A stretch of DNA of 64,000 nucleotides. It comes from Actinomycetota bacterium. GTDB lineage: Bacteria; Actinomycetota; Thermoleophilia; Solirubrobacterales; JACPNS01. The stretch lies in assembly GCA_016219715.1 (NCBI GenBank), contig JACRKX010000024.1:141-64140 (forward strand), read 5' to 3'. The notes beneath the pieces were generated by a model. It was not told where the DNA came from. It searched no databases and saw only the letters and a program-made list of their open reading frames with translations. Made by a program: the position numbers and the translations under genes. This document shows, in pieces, positions 55,240 through 64,000 of the stretch (within the stretch, counting starts at the first letter, position 1; the number at the start of each line of letters is the position of its first letter).

Positions 55240-56246
55240 TGCGCATCCAGTCGGCCACGATCGCCGAGGGTGAAGACGCGATCGATCGCTCGCTGCGCCC
55301 TCGCCGGATCGACGAGTTCGTCGGTCAGCAGAAGGTCAAAGACCAGCTCTCGATCTTCATCGAGGCTGCCCGCCGCCGGGGCCAGCCGCTAGACCACGTG
55401 CTCTTCGCCGGACCACCGGGTCTCGGCAAGACCTCGCTCGCGCAGATCGTCGCCGAAGAACTGGAAGTGCCGTTCATCATGACCGCCGGGCCCGCGCTCG
55501 AGCGCAAGGGTGACGTAGCGGCGTTTCTCACGGCACTAGAGCCGCACTCGGTCTTCTTCGTCGACGAGATCCACCGTCTGCCGCGCGCGCTCGAAGAGAC
55601 GTTCTACCCAGCCATGGAAGACCGCAAGCTGCCGATAACCGTGGGCCAGGGCGCCGGCGCGCGCGTCGTCACGCTCGATCTGCCTCCGTTCACGCTGATC
55701 GGCGCCACCACCCGTACCGGGCTGCTCACCACACCGATGCGCGACCGCTTCGGCGTCTTCCACCGGCTCGAGCACTACGACATCGAAGATCTCGCCACTA
55801 TCGCCCAGCGCAGTGCCGGCATCATCGGCTGCGACCTACAGCCCGGCGGCGCGATCGAAATCGCGCGCCGTTCGCGCGGCACGCCGCGCGTCGCCAACCG
55901 TCTGCTGCACCGCGTGCGCGACTACGCCGAGGTCAAGGCCGATGGCCAGATCACAGAGCAGGTTGCCGCCGAGGCCCTGAACCTCTTCGAAGTCGACGCC
56001 GAAGGGCTCGACCGGCTCGACCGCACGCTGCTTCAGGCGATCTGCGCGAAGTTCGGCGGCGGCCCCGTCGGACTCTCCACGCTCGCCGCGGCAGTCGGCG
56101 AAGCCGAGGACACAATCGAAGACGTGATCGAGCCGTATCTACTCGGTCAGGGGTTCCTGCAGCGCACTCCGCGCGGCCGGGTCGCCACGCTGGCCGCCTT
56201 CGAGCACCTCGGCGTTGAGGCCCCCGTCGAGGCCGGCCTGTTCTGA
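55239..56246 (+). CDS. ruvB: Holliday junction branch migration ATPase RuvB
   Basis: [19 protein letters not shown]...[18 protein letters not shown]...[12 protein letters not shown]-type overlap with ruvA. Confidence 0.93.
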   Translation: MRIQSATIAEGEDAIDRSLRPRRIDEFVGQQKVKDQLSIFIEAARRRGQPLDHVLFAGPPGLGKTSLAQIVAEELEVPFIMTAGPALERKGDVAAFLTALEPHSVFFVDEIHRLPRALEETFYPAMEDRKLPITVGQGAGARVVTLDLPPFTLIGATTRTGLLTTPMRDRFGVFHRLEHYDIEDLATIAQRSAGIIGCDLQPGGAIEIARRSRGTPRVANRLLHRVRDYAEVKADGQITEQVAAEALNLFEVDAEGLDRLDRTLLQAICAKFGGGPVGLSTLAAAVGEAEDTIEDVIEPYLLGQGFLQRTPRGRVATLAAFEHLGVEAPVEAGLF

Positions 56247-56304
56247 CGCTCGCCGAACGGGCAGGTACTCGCTCGCCGTTGTCTAATCTGACCCTCGATT
56301 CGCC

Positions 56305-56751
56305 ATGCCGATTTTCATCTGCCCGCAATGCGGCACCAGGACCAATCACGGTGATCGCACCGCCGGCTTCAGCAACCGTCCGCGCGGCTGCAACAAGTGC
56401 GGCTACGGCTTCGTCTTCGAGCTGCTCGACGACTATTACCCCGCCAGCGGCGCCGCGTTCTTCGTCTGCGACCAGGAAGCTCGCATCATCGGTTGCGGGC
56501 GCGGTTCGTACGAGCTGACGGGCCTGACCGACATGGACGTCTTCGGCCGCCCGGTGCGTGACGTTCTCGGCCTCGAGTTTGCCGACGAGAACGATCCGAT
56601 CGACAAGACGCTCGAATGGGGAGTGCGCTCGACCGGCCACGATGTGACCGTTAGAGCCGAGGGCGATTTGGAGGCCCAAGCAGTTGCCGATATATTCCCT
56701 GCTTACGACGAGGACGGGGGGCTGTTGCTCGTACTCACGCCACAGGTTTGA
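56305..56751 (+). CDS. Zinc-ribbon + PAS-like domain protein, unknown function
   Basis: N-terminal CPQCG...CNKCG zinc ribbon. It is followed by a segment (AAFFVCDQEARIIGCGRGSYELTGLTDMDVFGRPVRDVLG) resembling a PAS core. Occupies the slot between ruvB and secD. Confidence 0.55.
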   Translation: MPIFICPQCGTRTNHGDRTAGFSNRPRGCNKCGYGFVFELLDDYYPASGAAFFVCDQEARIIGCGRGSYELTGLTDMDVFGRPVRDVLGLEFADENDPIDKTLEWGVRSTGHDVTVRAEGDLEAQAVADIFPAYDEDGGLLLVLTPQV

Positions 56752-56887
56752 TCCAGTGGCGGCAATAGCCGCGCCGCGCGCCGAACCACCGCGTCTAACG
56801 ACAACGGGTCCTCTGGCCGTCCGCCCTTGACAAGAACCACTTCACCACAGACACTTCAACTCAACCCACAAACGGAAACCTCGAACT

Positions 56888-58867
56888 TTGGCCAACAAGC
56901 GCAGAAACCTGATCGTTCTCTCACTCGTAGTGGCGCTGCTGGGCGCCTCGGTTGCCGTGATCCTGATCAAGCCCACGAGGCTCGGTCTCGACCTTGCCGG
57001 CGGTATCTCGCTGGTTTACCAGGCAACTCCGAACGATCCCACGCGCGAGCCCACCGACCGGGAGATGCAGAACGCGATCAAGGTCATCAACGACCGCGTG
57101 AACTCCCTGGGTGTCACCGAGGCCGAAGTGCAGGCAGCCGGAAACGACCTGATCGACGTCTCGCTGCCCGATGTGGACGATCCCGACGAGGCCAAGAGCC
57201 TGGTCGGCTCCACCGCCAAGCTCCTCTTCTACAAGTGGGAGGACAACGTCGTCAAGGGCCCCGAGCGCAGCGATGAGATCACCTCCGAAGACGCCGCCTC
57301 CAACCGTGGCTACACCAACCTTCACGAGGCCGTCACGCTCGCCGCGAAGCAGAAGGGCAGCACGACCAGGGCCGAGAAGGCGAAGAACGGCGTTCCCCGC
57401 GCGTCGTACTACCTCTTCGACGACAAGGACAAATTGATCGCCGGCCCGGCGCCTACCGAGGAAGAGCTGCTCAGAAGCGACAACCTTCGCACCGACAAGA
57501 ACGACCCGCTCAAGGGCGAGAAGCCCGAGGGAAGCACCATCTACACGGTGCCTCAGGGCATTCAGATCGTCTCGTATGACCCGGTTGCCAACGAAGAGAG
57601 CAAGCCTCAGTACTTCGTGATCCGCGACCTGCCGTCGCTCTCGGGCGACGACGTCAAGAGCGCCGCGCAAGGCACCGATCAGACCGGTGGCGCCGCCGTC
57701 GACCTGAACTTCACCGGCAAGGGCGGAGACATCTTCCATCGCATCACGCGCGAGTTGCGCGAAGACGGCGAGAACGAGCCCGTGCTCGGCAACAAAGAGG
57801 CGGCCTCGCACCGTTTCGCGATCATCCTCGACGGCAAAGTCGTGTCGCTGGCCTCGATCAGCGCCACCGATCCATCGCTGCGCGACGGCATCTCCGGCGG
57901 CCGTGCGCAGATCACCAATCTTTCGGTGTCCGAGGCCCGTGAGGTCGCCAAGAAGATCGACCTCGGTGCGCTGCCCGTCGACCTGAAGTTGATCTCCCAG
58001 ACGCAGGTTTCGGCCTCGCTTGGTAAGCAGGCGCTCGACGAAGCACTGCTCGCCGCGCTGATCGGCTTCGGCCTCGTGTTCTTCTTCTTGCTTGCTTTCT
58101 ACCGCGTGCTCGGTGTGATCGCCGGCATCGCGCTGATCGCCTACGGCATCCTGTTCTTCGCGCTCACCAAGCTCGTTGGTTTCACCTTCACCCTGCCGGG
58201 CATCGCCGGTCTCGTGCTGACACTTTCGGTGGCGGCCGACGCCAACATCGTCATCTTCGAACGAATAAAGGAAGAGATCCGTGCCGGACGCTCGATGAAG
58301 GCGGCAATCGCGACTGGCTACCAGAAGGGCTTCAGCGCGATCCTCGACGCCAACGTCGTCACGATCCTCGTGGCCTTCATCCTGTTCGTGCTCGCTACCG
58401 CCGGCGTGCGCGGATTCGCCGCTGCGCTCGGTCTGGGAACGATCGTCTCGCTGTTCACCGCGGTCATGGCCACCTCGGCGATCCTCGGCTTACTGTCCGG
58501 CTCGAAGCTGCTCGATCGTCCGTCGGCGCTCGGCGCCTCACAGACGACCAAACGCCGCTGGCAGTTCGACTTCTTCGGCAATTCAAGGAAGTTCTTCTCA
58601 GGTTCAGGAGTGATCCTCTTGGTAGGAGCTTTCGCAATCAGGTCGACGCCGGCGACGCGAAGATCCAGCGGATCTCCGGCAACGTCGAACTCGGTAAAAC
58701 CGCCTTCCAGATCAGCAGCGACAAGATCGGTCCCGAAGACGTGCCGATCGTGCGCGGACAGTTCGACGATCGTTTCGGTATCCGTGGCGACACGCGCGAC
58801 GACCAGCGCTTCGAGGTACAGAGCGTCGGGCCGACATTCGGCGCTGTCGTTGCCCGCAGCGCCGTGA
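56888..58867 (+). CDS. secD: SecD fused to the N-terminus of SecF (ORF as it stands; tail after about 58639 is out-of-frame sequence)
   Basis: The SecD N-terminal TM, periplasmic domain and C-terminal TM bundle (LDANVVTILVAFILF...) are all present. Without a stop it continues into KRRWQFDFFGNSRKFFSGSGVILLVGAFAI, a SecF-type N-terminus. The frame then degenerates into an R/S/T/P-rich tail. Confidence 0.8.
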   Translation: MANKRRNLIVLSLVVALLGASVAVILIKPTRLGLDLAGGISLVYQATPNDPTREPTDREMQNAIKVINDRVNSLGVTEAEVQAAGNDLIDVSLPDVDDPDEAKSLVGSTAKLLFYKWEDNVVKGPERSDEITSEDAASNRGYTNLHEAVTLAAKQKGSTTRAEKAKNGVPRASYYLFDDKDKLIAGPAPTEEELLRSDNLRTDKNDPLKGEKPEGSTIYTVPQGIQIVSYDPVANEESKPQYFVIRDLPSLSGDDVKSAAQGTDQTGGAAVDLNFTGKGGDIFHRITRELREDGENEPVLGNKEAASHRFAIILDGKVVSLASISATDPSLRDGISGGRAQITNLSVSEAREVAKKIDLGALPVDLKLISQTQVSASLGKQALDEALLAALIGFGLVFFFLLAFYRVLGVIAGIALIAYGILFFALTKLVGFTFTLPGIAGLVLTLSVAADANIVIFERIKEEIRAGRSMKAAIATGYQKGFSAILDANVVTILVAFILFVLATAGVRGFAAALGLGTIVSLFTAVMATSAILGLLSGSKLLDRPSALGASQTTKRRWQFDFFGNSRKFFSGSGVILLVGAFAIRSTPATRRSSGSPATSNSVKPPSRSAATRSVPKTCRSCADSSTIVSVSVATRATTSASRYRASGRHSALSLPAAP

Positions 58868-59601
58868 TCGCGATCATCTTCTCGCTGCTCGTGATCGGCG
58901 CTTACGTGTCGCTCCGATTCAGCCCGAAGTTCTCGGTCCCGGTGCTGATCGGTCTCGCGCACGACATCCTGATTACCGTCGGCGTGTACGCGCTGCTCGA
59001 TCGCGAGGTAACCAGCGCCACCGTTGCGGCGTTGCTAACGATCCTCGGTTTCTCGCTGTACGACGCGATCATCGTGTTCGACCGAATACGAGAGAACATG
59101 CCGCGTATGCCGCGTGCCGCGTTCTCACAGATCGTCAACCGCTCGATGAGCGAGGTGCTGACGCGTTCGCTGGCGACGTCGTTCGTCACCGCGCTTCCGG
59201 TCACGGCGCTTCTGCTGTTCGGCGGCGAAACGCTTCAGGACTTCGCCTTCGCGCTGCTCGTCGGAACGATCTCCGGCGCGTACTCGTCGATCTTCATCTC
59301 CGCTCCTGTGCTTACGCATTGGAAGGAGCGCGAGCCGATCTTCCAGCAGCGCCGTGAGCGCATCATGTCCGAGAACAATGGCGTGGTTCCGGCCTTTGCG
59401 GTCGAGACGATCGGCGGTGTATCCGTACACGATGAGCCGGGCGCTCCCGCTGCCGGCGAAGTCGTCAGCGAGCCTGCTTCCAACGGGGTCGAGCCGTCCG
59501 AAGAGCCGGCCGGCACTGTTCAGTCAGGGGGCGTCGCGCGCCCCACAACAAAGGCCGAGCGCCGTGCCGCGCGGGCGCGTCGCAAGCACGGCCGCCAGTA
59601 G
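58741..59601 (+). CDS. secF: SecF, C-terminal five-sixths (frame open from about 58639; first start codon at 58741)
   Basis: VGPTFGAVVARSAVIAIIFSLLVIGAYVSLRF...LLTILGFSLYDAIIVFDRIREN is a canonical SecF TM2-TM6 region. TM1 is encoded in the other frame upstream. Confidence 0.8.
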   Translation: MPIVRGQFDDRFGIRGDTRDDQRFEVQSVGPTFGAVVARSAVIAIIFSLLVIGAYVSLRFSPKFSVPVLIGLAHDILITVGVYALLDREVTSATVAALLTILGFSLYDAIIVFDRIRENMPRMPRAAFSQIVNRSMSEVLTRSLATSFVTALPVTALLLFGGETLQDFAFALLVGTISGAYSSIFISAPVLTHWKEREPIFQQRRERIMSENNGVVPAFAVETIGGVSVHDEPGAPAAGEVVSEPASNGVEPSEEPAGTVQSGGVARPTTKAERRAARARRKHGRQ

Positions 59602-59626
59602 GCGTCCACGAACGGGGATTCGAATT

Positions 59627-59896
59627 ATGAGCATTCTTGCTTGGTCAATGATGGGAATCGCAATCTGGCACTTCGCCGTGTTCGTGCCCGACCGCTTTCT
59701 CGGCGGCATCGTCGGCGCGTTCTTCGCGGCCTGGCTTGGCGCCGTTGCGGTCGCATTCGTACTCAACGGCTTCGACGCGCCCGGCAAAGACGACACAGAC
59801 TTGATCCAGGCGTTCCTGGCGATCCCGGGCGCAGTGGCCGGTCTCGGCCTTTTCTACTGGCTTGGCGTTCGCGCCGAGGGCAATCCAGAAGCCTGA
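59627..59896 (+). CDS. Small membrane protein (possibly GlsB/YeaQ/YmgE-like)
   Basis: 89 aa with three hydrophobic segments: MSILAWSMMGIAIWHFAVFVPDRFLGGIVGAFFAAWLGAV.... Confidence 0.5.
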   Translation: MSILAWSMMGIAIWHFAVFVPDRFLGGIVGAFFAAWLGAVAVAFVLNGFDAPGKDDTDLIQAFLAIPGAVAGLGLFYWLGVRAEGNPEA

Positions 59897-59969
59897 CAAA
59901 CGGGTTTCCCGGTCGATTTCGTGCCGGTTTTCGCGGTCGCTTAGCATCCGCTGCCGGGCGTAGTCTGGC

Positions 59970-62255
59970 TTGATGGGAATACTTCAGACCGAAGACGTGC
60001 CTGACCTGTCTGCCGGGCTAGCTAACAGCGGCGAACTGGCGGTTGAAGAGCGCGATCTTCCGGCCGATATCGCCCCGGCAGACGCCCTGGTCGAACTGGC
60101 GCCCTGCGATGCCGATGCCGTCGAACTACTGGGCTCCCGGCTCGATCTCGACCCGTTAGTCGCCCAAACGCTCGTGCGTCGCGGCTTCGACTCACTCGAA
60201 GCGGCCGAACGGTTTCTCTCTGGCGGCGAGATTCGCGAAGCTGCCCAGTTGCCCGGCGCACGCGAGGCGGCATTCGCGATCGCCGCGCACGTACGCGCCG
60301 GGTCGCGCATTGCCGTGCACGGCGACTACGACGTGGACGGTGTGTGCTCGACCGCGATCCTTGTCCGCACGCTGGCGCGGCTTGGCGCCGAGGTCACCTG
60401 GCACGTTCCTAGCCGTTTCGGCGATGGCTACGGACTCTCGCGCGCGGCGGTCGACAAGCTTGCCGACGATGACGCTTCGTTGATCGTCGCCGTCGACTGC
60501 GGAATCACCGCCGTCGAGGAGGTCGCGCACGCACGCGCGAGCGGGGTAGACGTCGTCATCTGCGACCACCACGCCCCCGGCGAGGCACTGCCCGACGCAC
60601 CAATCGTGCACCCAGGGCTTGCCGACTACCCCTGTCCGGCGCTGTGCGCGGCGGCCGTGGTCTACAAGCTTGCCGAGCTGCTGGCAGTCGAGCTCGGCCA
60701 GCCGGCCACGTTCGTCGACAGCGAGCTTGAACTCGCGGCCCTAGCCACCGTCTGCGACGTCGTGCCCCTTGTCGACGAGAATCGCGCGATCGTGCGAGCC
60801 GGCCTGACGGCGATGCGCACGACGCAACGCCCCGGCCTGCGCGAGCTGATGCGGGTGGCAGACGTCGATCCGCTGCGACTCGACGCGTCATCATTCGGAT
60901 TCCGGCTCGGCCCGCGCATCAACGCGGCGGGCCGCATGTTCTCAGCCGAGCCGGCCGTAGAACTGCTGCTCACATCCGACGAGCGTCGCGCGGTCGAGCT
61001 GGCCAACGACCTGAACGGCGCAAACGCGCGGCGCAAAGACGTCGAGCAGACGGTGCTCTTCCAGGCCGAGACGCAGGCCCGTCGCCAGCGCGACCACTTC
61101 GCGATCGTCGTCAGCGGCGAAGACTGGCACCCCGGGGTCCTTGGCATAGTCGCCGGCCGCATCGCCGAGCAATACCGCAGGCCCTGCGTAGCTCTTTCGG
61201 TCGATGGTGGTGTGGCCGCCGGCTCTGGGCGGGGCGGCGGTGTCTACGACCTGCTGGCCGGTCTGACAGCCTGCAAGGACCATCTAATCCGCTTCGGCGG
61301 CCACAAGGCCGCCGCCGGGCTCGAACTCGACGAGTCGGCCCTGTCTGCTTTCACGCGTGACTTCCAGGCGCACGCAGAGTCGGTACTCACGCCTGACGAT
61401 CTACGGCCGCGTGTGCGCGCCGACGCCTTGGCAACGCCTTCACAGCTCACGCTGCCGGCCGCGGAGGCGTTGCTTCAGCTCGGCCCGTTCGGCAATTCGA
61501 ACCCCGAGCCGGCGCTGATGGTGCCGGGCGTAACGGTCGTTCACCTGCGCAAGATGGGGGCAAGCGGTCGCCACTTCAAACTCAGTGTCGCCGGTCGGGG
61601 TGGTCGCGCCGGGGTGGTCGCCTTCAGCTGGCAGCAGGCGATCGCTCACGGCGACGATGCGCCGGTCTCGAACATCGTCGTGAAGTTGCGCCCCAACGAG
61701 TTTCGCGGGGTGGTAGAGGGCCAGTCACAGTTGATCGCACACGCCGAGCTGCCTACGGCAACCGGTCAGACCGCCTTAGACGGCTGGCACGACGCCTTTC
61801 AGGCCGCCTTCGCCAGCGAGCCGCCGCACATCGCCGAAGGCGGCACATTCGCACTGCACGCCGTGCGCGAGCGCGCAATCGAGCGTTCACACGTCGTCGC
61901 GGCCTACCGTACGATCGGCGACGCCGGCGATGGCCCGCTCTCAGAACTGGGTATTCGTCTCGCCGAGGCGCTTCCCAATGGCGTCCAGGCCGGTCTCGCG
62001 GTGCGCGTATTGCACGAGCTCGGGCTCGTTGGGGTCGAGCGAAACAACGAATCTGTCGAATCATTGAAAGTGGCCGACGCCGAACGAACCGAGCTTGAGC
62101 GTTCGGCGACATTCCGCTCCTATAGTGAGATCAAGGACCAATCGCAGCTATGGCTCGCCCAATCGACACCCACACCGGCAACACCCGCTCCGGCAGCACC
62201 CGCGCCGGCAACGCCCGCGGCGCCGGCGGGCACAGCGCCCCTCGCGCTGACGTAG
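59970..62255 (+). CDS. recJ: Single-stranded-DNA-specific exonuclease RecJ, with long C-terminal extension and Pro/Ala/Thr tail
   Basis: DHH motifs IAVHGDYDVDGVCS, VDCG, ICDHH; DHHA1 GGHKAAAG. 761 aa ending in PTPATPAPAAPAPATPAAPAGTAPLALT. Confidence 0.88.
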   Translation: MMGILQTEDVPDLSAGLANSGELAVEERDLPADIAPADALVELAPCDADAVELLGSRLDLDPLVAQTLVRRGFDSLEAAERFLSGGEIREAAQLPGAREAAFAIAAHVRAGSRIAVHGDYDVDGVCSTAILVRTLARLGAEVTWHVPSRFGDGYGLSRAAVDKLADDDASLIVAVDCGITAVEEVAHARASGVDVVICDHHAPGEALPDAPIVHPGLADYPCPALCAAAVVYKLAELLAVELGQPATFVDSELELAALATVCDVVPLVDENRAIVRAGLTAMRTTQRPGLRELMRVADVDPLRLDASSFGFRLGPRINAAGRMFSAEPAVELLLTSDERRAVELANDLNGANARRKDVEQTVLFQAETQARRQRDHFAIVVSGEDWHPGVLGIVAGRIAEQYRRPCVALSVDGGVAAGSGRGGGVYDLLAGLTACKDHLIRFGGHKAAAGLELDESALSAFTRDFQAHAESVLTPDDLRPRVRADALATPSQLTLPAAEALLQLGPFGNSNPEPALMVPGVTVVHLRKMGASGRHFKLSVAGRGGRAGVVAFSWQQAIAHGDDAPVSNIVVKLRPNEFRGVVEGQSQLIAHAELPTATGQTALDGWHDAFQAAFASEPPHIAEGGTFALHAVRERAIERSHVVAAYRTIGDAGDGPLSELGIRLAEALPNGVQAGLAVRVLHELGLVGVERNNESVESLKVADAERTELERSATFRSYSEIKDQSQLWLAQSTPTPATPAPAAPAPATPAAPAGTAPLALT

Positions 62256-64000
62256 CGCCAGACACACGCGCGCGCTTCGACGAGCTGCTCGCGGTCATCG
62301 AGGAGCACGCCGGCGAGACGATCGCGCCGATCGAGATCGACCGCGTCCGCGAGGCCTTCGAGTTTGCGGCCGGCCGTCACGGCAAGCAGGTCCGCCGCAC
62401 GGGCGAAGACTTCGTCGTGCACCCCGTTGAGGTGGCGAAGATCTGCGTCGGCATGCGCCTCGACACCGAGACGCTGTGCGCCGCCCTGCTGCACGACACA
62501 GTCGAAGACACATCGACCACGCTCGACGAGATCCGCGACCACTTCGGCGAAGAGACGGCCGTACTGGTCGATGGCGTGACCAAGCTGACTGGCATCACCT
62601 TTCAGAGCCGCGACGAGGCTCAGGCCGAGAACTACCGCAAGATGATCGTCGCGATGGCCCAGGACATCCGGGTCATCCTGATCAAGCTTGCCGACCGTCT
62701 GCACAACATGCGCACGATCGGCGCGATGCCCAAGCAGAAGCAGATCGAGAAGTCACGCGAAACGCTCGACATCTTCGCCCCGCTGGCCCACCGCCTCGGT
62801 ATCCACGCGATCAAGTGGGAGCTTGAAGACCTTGCCTTCGCCACGCTGCACCCGCGCAAGTACGCCGAGATCAAGGCGCTCGTCAGCCAGCAGCGCGACG
62901 ACCGCGAGCACTACGTCAACGAAGCCGGCGAGTATCTCGCCGCTCAGCTCGCCGAGAGCGGGATCACCTCGATGATCACCGGTCGCGCCAAGCACTTCTA
63001 CTCGATCTACGTGAAGATGACCAAGAAGGGCCGCGAGTTCAACGAGATCTTCGACCTCACCGCGATGCGCGTGATTGTCGAGAGCGTGAAGGACTGCTAC
63101 GGCGCGGTCGGCATCGTCCACAGCATCTGGAAGCCGCTGCCCGGGCGCTTCAAGGACTTCATCGCAATGCCCAAGACCAACATGTACCAGGCCCTGCACA
63201 CCACCGTGATCGGGCCCGAGGGCCGTCCGCTCGAAATTCAGATTCGCACGCGCGAGATGCACGACATCGCCGAATACGGCGTTGCCGCTCACTGGGCATA
63301 CAAGCAGCGCGGTTACGAAGAGCAGGGCGCGCCGCGCGGCGTGATCGCCGGCAACATGGACTGGGTGCAGCGCCTCGTCGGCGACCCGACGGCCGAAGAC
63401 GGCGGCAGCGAAGAGATCAACGGCAAGATCGTGCCGCTGCACTACAAGCTCAAGAGCGGTGACATCGTCGAGATTCTCACCTCCAAGCACGAGCGCGGCC
63501 CGTCGCGCGACTGGCTCGGTCTGGTCAAGACGACCCGTGCCCGCAACAAGATCCGCGCGTTCATCAAGCGCGAGCAACGCGAGGGCAGCGAGCACCGTGG
63601 TCGCGACCTGCTGCAGGAGGGTCTGCGCAAGAAGGGCCTGCCGTCACAGAAGATCACCGGCTCCGAGATGCTCGCCGAGGTGATGCGCGAGGTCGGCTTC
63701 CGCAAGACCGAGGAGTTCTACATCGCGATCGGCCAGGGCAAGATCAAGGCCGAGATGGTCGTCGACAAGGTGATGAACCGCCTCGCCGCCGGCGAGTCGG
63801 CCGTCGTCGAAGAGACGCTGCCCGAGAAGCGCGACCACATGCGCCGCCGCTCGGTCGCCTCGTCGGGCTCGTTCGGCATCACCGTCGACGGAGCCACCGA
63901 CGTGATGGTGCGCATGGCGAAATGCTGCCTGCCGGTCGCCGGCGATCCCATTGTCGGATATGTATCGCTGGGCAGGGGCATCACCGTCCATCGCAAGGAC
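62150..64000 (+). CDS. relA: Bifunctional (p)ppGpp synthetase/hydrolase RelA/SpoT homologue (3' end beyond window)
   Basis: HD domain (GEDFVVHPVEVAKI...LLHDTVEDT), synthetase domain (GRAKHFYSIYVKM...LEIQIRTREMHDIAEYGVAAHWAYK) and TGS (LHYKLKSGDIVEILTS). The only in-frame ATG/GTG/TTG after the upstream stop (62126-62128) and before the HD domain is ATG 62150. This ORF is not in the supplied track because it lacks a stop in the window. Confidence 0.85.
   Translation, partial: MARPIDTHTGNTRSGSTRAGNARGAGGHSAPRADVAPDTRARFDELLAVIEEHAGETIAPIEIDRVREAFEFAAGRHGKQVRRTGEDFVVHPVEVAKICVGMRLDTETLCAALLHDTVEDTSTTLDEIRDHFGEETAVLVDGVTKLTGITFQSRDEAQAENYRKMIVAMAQDIRVILIKLADRLHNMRTIGAMPKQKQIEKSRETLDIFAPLAHRLGIHAIKWELEDLAFATLHPRKYAEIKALVSQQRDDREHYVNEAGEYLAAQLAESGITSMITGRAKHFYSIYVKMTKKGREFNEIFDLTAMRVIVESVKDCYGAVGIVHSIWKPLPGRFKDFIAMPKTNMYQALHTTVIGPEGRPLEIQIRTREMHDIAEYGVAAHWAYKQRGYEEQGAPRGVIAGNMDWVQRLVGDPTAEDGGSEEINGKIVPLHYKLKSGDIVEILTSKHERGPSRDWLGLVKTTRARNKIRAFIKREQREGSEHRGRDLLQEGLRKKGLPSQKITGSEMLAEVMREVGFRKTEEFYIAIGQGKIKAEMVVDKVMNRLAAGESAVVEETLPEKRDHMRRRSVASSGSFGITVDGATDVMVRMAKCCLPVAGDPIVGYVSLGRGITVHRKD

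Noticed and set aside
62161-62250. Repetitive CCGGCA / ACCCGC DNA at the end of recJ, considered as a tandem-repeat or CRISPR-like array
   Set aside because: It is imperfect low-complexity sequence encoding a Pro/Ala/Thr-rich tail, with no regular repeat-spacer structure. No CRISPR array was seen anywhere in the window.

Overview
High-GC, Actinomycetota-type chromosome segment. Gene order mixes Mycobacterium-like and Bacillus-like synteny, and several secreted proteins look typical of Thermoleophilia/Rubrobacteria-type lineages; this placement is an inference. The window is mostly housekeeping genes in two conserved backbones. Backbone 1 is pepP-efp-nusB-(xseB-like)-polyprenyl synthase-dxs, then tlyA-nadK-recN-steA-mctB-like-pyrG ... 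xerD, then fpg, grx, recO, dgt-dnaG-sigma70. Backbone 2 is pdxS-pdxT ... yebC, ruvCAB, secDF, recJ, relA. Between them lie typA, an amtB-glnK operon, a beta-carbonic anhydrase, ferritin, two tRNAs (Asn-GTT, CAT anticodon), an SDR-LLM-GT1 operon, and an RpiR-associated cluster (orphan NarG-like molybdoenzyme, MBL hydrolase, AGPS-like FAD oxidase, GlpD-like dehydrogenase, FGGY kinase). I found no CRISPR array, transposase, prophage, or defence or toxin genes. The most unusual items are these. (1) A two-copy family of small elements bounded by hairpin-containing inverted termini (CATTCAACATCC-N4-GGATGT). One copy sits in an abnormally long dxs-tlyA spacer; the other abuts an XRE regulator gene. 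(2) Two paralogous polytopic membrane proteins, each with a secreted partner (a His-rich cupredoxin-like protein or a helical lipoprotein). The second module carries an identical 15-bp palindromic operator twice. (3) A secD-secF fusion whose reading frame breaks inside SecF. (4) A 13-bp AT-rich perfect inverted repeat upstream of typA. (5) A roughly 106-nt recJ/relA overlap. Two canonical LexA (Cheo-type) boxes precede recN and ruvC. All calls come from reading the ORF translations and the DNA by eye; no database search was run.
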